The notes under the pieces are model-generated. The model was not told the DNA's origin, did no database searches, and was given only the letters and a program-made list of their open reading frames with translations. This document shows, in pieces, positions 61,201 to 64,000 of a stretch of 64,000 nucleotides of DNA. Within the stretch, counting starts at the first letter, position 1; every line of letters begins with the position of its first letter. Source of the stretch: Babesia bigemina (Eukaryota); assembly GCF_000981445.1 (NCBI RefSeq), contig NC_027218.1, positions 992,001 to 1,056,000 of the forward strand. The letters are read 5' to 3'. The position numbers were made by a program, and so were the translations under genes.

Positions 61201-61499
61201 ATGGTACGCCCCACTGCCACTGCACGGTGTTAACATAATACTAATACGGCATTCCCAAATGTGACTCGGGTACCTGGGCGGAGATTACACGAATACAAGC
61301 ATGCCGTAATCGATAAGCGGAAAGTGCAATGGCGTTTCACCCCTCCGTATCGTTTACAGGGAAAGGAATCCTCGACGCATGATGTCTGCGAATGTGACGT
61401 CAGTGTGGAAGATTACTGATGTAACTGTGAAGCACAGTTAAGATATACTTGCCTGAAAGGCGATCGTATGAGTGAATAGCGGTAAGGGCAAGTGGATGA

Positions 61500-61945
61500 C
61501 TGTAGTAATGATGGAAAATGCCATGCCAAACTCAGGAGTCTCACAAGGGCTAAGAGCATACTCTACCAGAAGACAGCATAGTAGATAGTATAAAGAAAGC
61601 CTTCACAACCGTGGATAACGGGACTGTCAGCGAAGACAACCTGGTGTAGACGGGGCATAAAAGAAGAGGACATACAGAGACGTGGTTGAGGATATGAAGC
61701 GGAGAGCTTTCATCTAGCAGAATAATTTCATGGTTATATGTTATACGATGAGGAACCTGTAATTCAGAAAAGATTACTACTCTGTAGGGGACCCTCTCCC
61801 CCAAACTGGATGGATGGCCGCATGGATGGCACCAGTCACGATCGGTAACGGACCGACGTGGAACCAGCAACTAGTACCAGCGTGAGGCGGTAGCCCCGCA
61901 AAATCAAAAACCGGCCCAAGGCACGTAGACACATAGCACACTATG
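61500..61945 (+). mobile_element. Decayed retroelement 3' relic upstream of ves #3
   Basis: 61770-61945 aligns closely with element 28135-28305. Upstream it translates to VDSIKKAFTTVDNGTVSEDNLV* and YRDVVEDMKRRAFI*QNNFMVICYTM, versus ADRRRNTITIVEIGITNQDNLVD and YEDLIEDLKARQFNQQTKIRVIPYVM. Confidence 0.88.
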
Positions 61946-62040
61946 TAATACCAAAACAAATATAAACACGTAATCTTGCGCTAATGACAGCTGGTTGAGT
62001 AAAGTTAAGGGAATGTAATACTGCCGTGAAGACAATGGCG

Positions 62041-62170
62041 TTTGACCAGCGCCAAAAGGCTGCAGGTTTGCCAACGAGTGCACAGGCGTCGCAGTTCGAG
62101 GCCCTGGAGAGGTTCAAAAAGGCCCACCCTGAGCTCGACCTCTCCAAAGCAAAAATAAACTTTGCCAGTT
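62041..62170 (+). repeat. Direct repeat copy B (orphan NudC 3' fragment)
   Basis: FDQRQKAAGLPTSAQASQFEALERFKKAHPELDLSKAKINFAS with no NudC 5' part upstream. Confidence 0.9.
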
Positions 62171-62285
62171 CAACATCAGATCCATGCGATTATGTTGCGT
62201 TGCAAGCGTGATTCATGATTTACAGTGACATTACGTATAGTCAAACTACGTACGCAGTTGCGACTACGAATTACTTGGTCAATGT

Positions 62286-64000
62286 TCACTCCCTCCTGAA
62301 TTTCTTGAAACACTCACGATGCGGGTCCATAAACGTGTCCAAAACCTCGTCCGTAACTTGTTCCCGTCGGCACTGCACAGCATAACTCAGTTGTGTCTAA
62401 AGCTTACCCTGTAGTCATGCACTATGTTGCAGACGATCTCAACAAGTTTGTCCTTAACTGCAGAAGACATTATCTCTCCTGCCTTGTATTTAGTCGCGAT
62501 GTCGTTGAGCTCCTCGTCGTCTTCAAGGAAAAATCTCAAATAATGATACGCCACGTCCACATCTAGGTTAGCGCCAAGCCTGCGGTGCTCCTCAGCAGTG
62601 TCTCGGCCACCTAAAAAGTGATGACTCAGCTAAGATGTGCAGCTTACCGCTAAATGCGTATTTGTGTATCTTGCTGCGGATCACTGCCGGGATGTCGGTG
62701 ACAAATATTGCTGACCCCTCGACGCTGGAGCTCATTTTGCAATTAACTCCCAGCAGCGAAGGTATGAACTTCGAATGGATAGATATAGGTTTCAGGAACC
62801 CCAATCTAGGCGCTAAATCACGTGTCATCCTGAAGAATGGGTCCTGATCAATTCCCTGCGGAACCAGGCATAACATGTCGTTGCGGTGCCCAAAGAGCTT
62901 AGGGTAGGCCTGGCAGAACGCAGCCGCACCTTCTATAGCGGGATATGCGATGCTACCAATGTTTGACGACATTCCGAATCCGAAAATGCCTTTAACTTGG
63001 TTGAACGTGGTTTTCTTCTGCATCTTAAGCGATATGCCATAGAGGTCCCCGATGAAGTCGGTGTTGCGGTATATGAACGTTAGGTTCGGGTCGAATCCAC
63101 ATGCGATAATGTCACGAGCATTTTCTTTTGCCATCTCCCTGACCTTATCGTACTCCAGCTCTTCCCTGAATAGGAACTTTTCGTCGTCCGAGAGCATAAT
63201 CACCACTGGAACCTGGAAGACCTCTTGCAGCCACTGCGTAAACAAAAACGGTACAAGATGGCCCAAATGCAAAGTGTCGCTTGAGGGTCCACGGCCGGTG
63301 TATATGAAGAACGGAATGCCCTTTTCGTATGCATCCAGGAGATGGTCAAGTCCACGGTGAGAAAAGAACAGCCCCCGCTTGAGATAAGGATGTACCGGTC
63401 TTTTAATGAGCTTCTCTATGCGATCGAGCTGTTTCTGTGTGATTTTTTCACAACCAAACTCTCGAATAAGCTTGTCATAGTCAATTTCGTTTGCTGGCTT
63501 TGCGGCGTTGGAACTGCGCTCGAGGCCGAATAGCTCGATGAACGTGTCATTTTCCATATCCACTTCTCCAGGTGGGAGCACCATTGACTTGGGAGGGCAT
63601 TCTGCCGGCGACCCAATGGTTTCTGTTTCAGTGAGTATGTCAGGCGTGTCGGATCCCGGCTGCACAACGAAGCTGATGAGCAGCGTCTGGCTCTCTCCCT
63701 TGTACGTTAGCTTATTGATGTCGATTTGGCCAACTTGGCCCGTAGTTTTCACGACATCGCGCATGCTTGCGTTGACGTTCCACTCCTCCAGAGCAACGAG
63801 TCGCAACCTAGTAATTGTATCACACTATGGCATGCAACTCACTTGTTCACGTTGGCCGGAACTACCCTCTCGTCATAGATACTGTCGCCGTATACAGCTT
63901 CCGCCACCGGACGGTCTATGAGCATGGCCCTGAATTTACCATTCTCACTGATCTGCAACACATTAGTAATGGCGACTTGCGTATATAATACATAACACCG
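62286..64000 (-). CDS. WARS1: Cytosolic tryptophanyl-tRNA synthetase with N-terminal AlaX-like region; 5' end beyond window
   Basis: IDYDKLIREFG, YTGRGPSSDTLHLGH, CLVPQGIDQDPFFRMTRD, KMSSS, KYAFSG|GRDT. Further exons end at stop 62286-62288. Confidence 0.93.

Overview
Eukaryotic genomic DNA with short GT-AG introns, almost certainly a Babesia (piroplasm). The evidence is three giant VESA-family variant-antigen genes and apicomplexan-type housekeeping genes; the species is not determined. 1-23.6 kb is an ordinary housekeeping block: RAP-domain protein, MED31, UBL5, DHHC palmitoyltransferase, TAF8-like, DNAJC11, inositol polyphosphate kinase, RPIA, SNARE-like, UFL1, NMNAT, tRNA-Lys(CTT), acyl-CoA synthetase, PRMT and NudC. 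23.6-62.0 kb is an accessory block bracketed by a 130-bp direct repeat of the NudC 3' end and followed by TrpRS. It contains a near full-length non-LTR retrotransposon (RT plus restriction-like endonuclease, REL), which is unexpected in a piroplasm. It also holds three ves cassettes, each built as [decayed antisense copy of the retroelement 3' end] - conserved 5' flank - intronless ves - conserved 3' flank - [small 18-Cys membrane ORF]. The full element has the same 18-Cys ORF head-to-head with it but no ves. The ves cassettes therefore look like derivatives of the retroelement locus in which ves replaces the RT-coding part. All alignments were done by eye and no searches were run.
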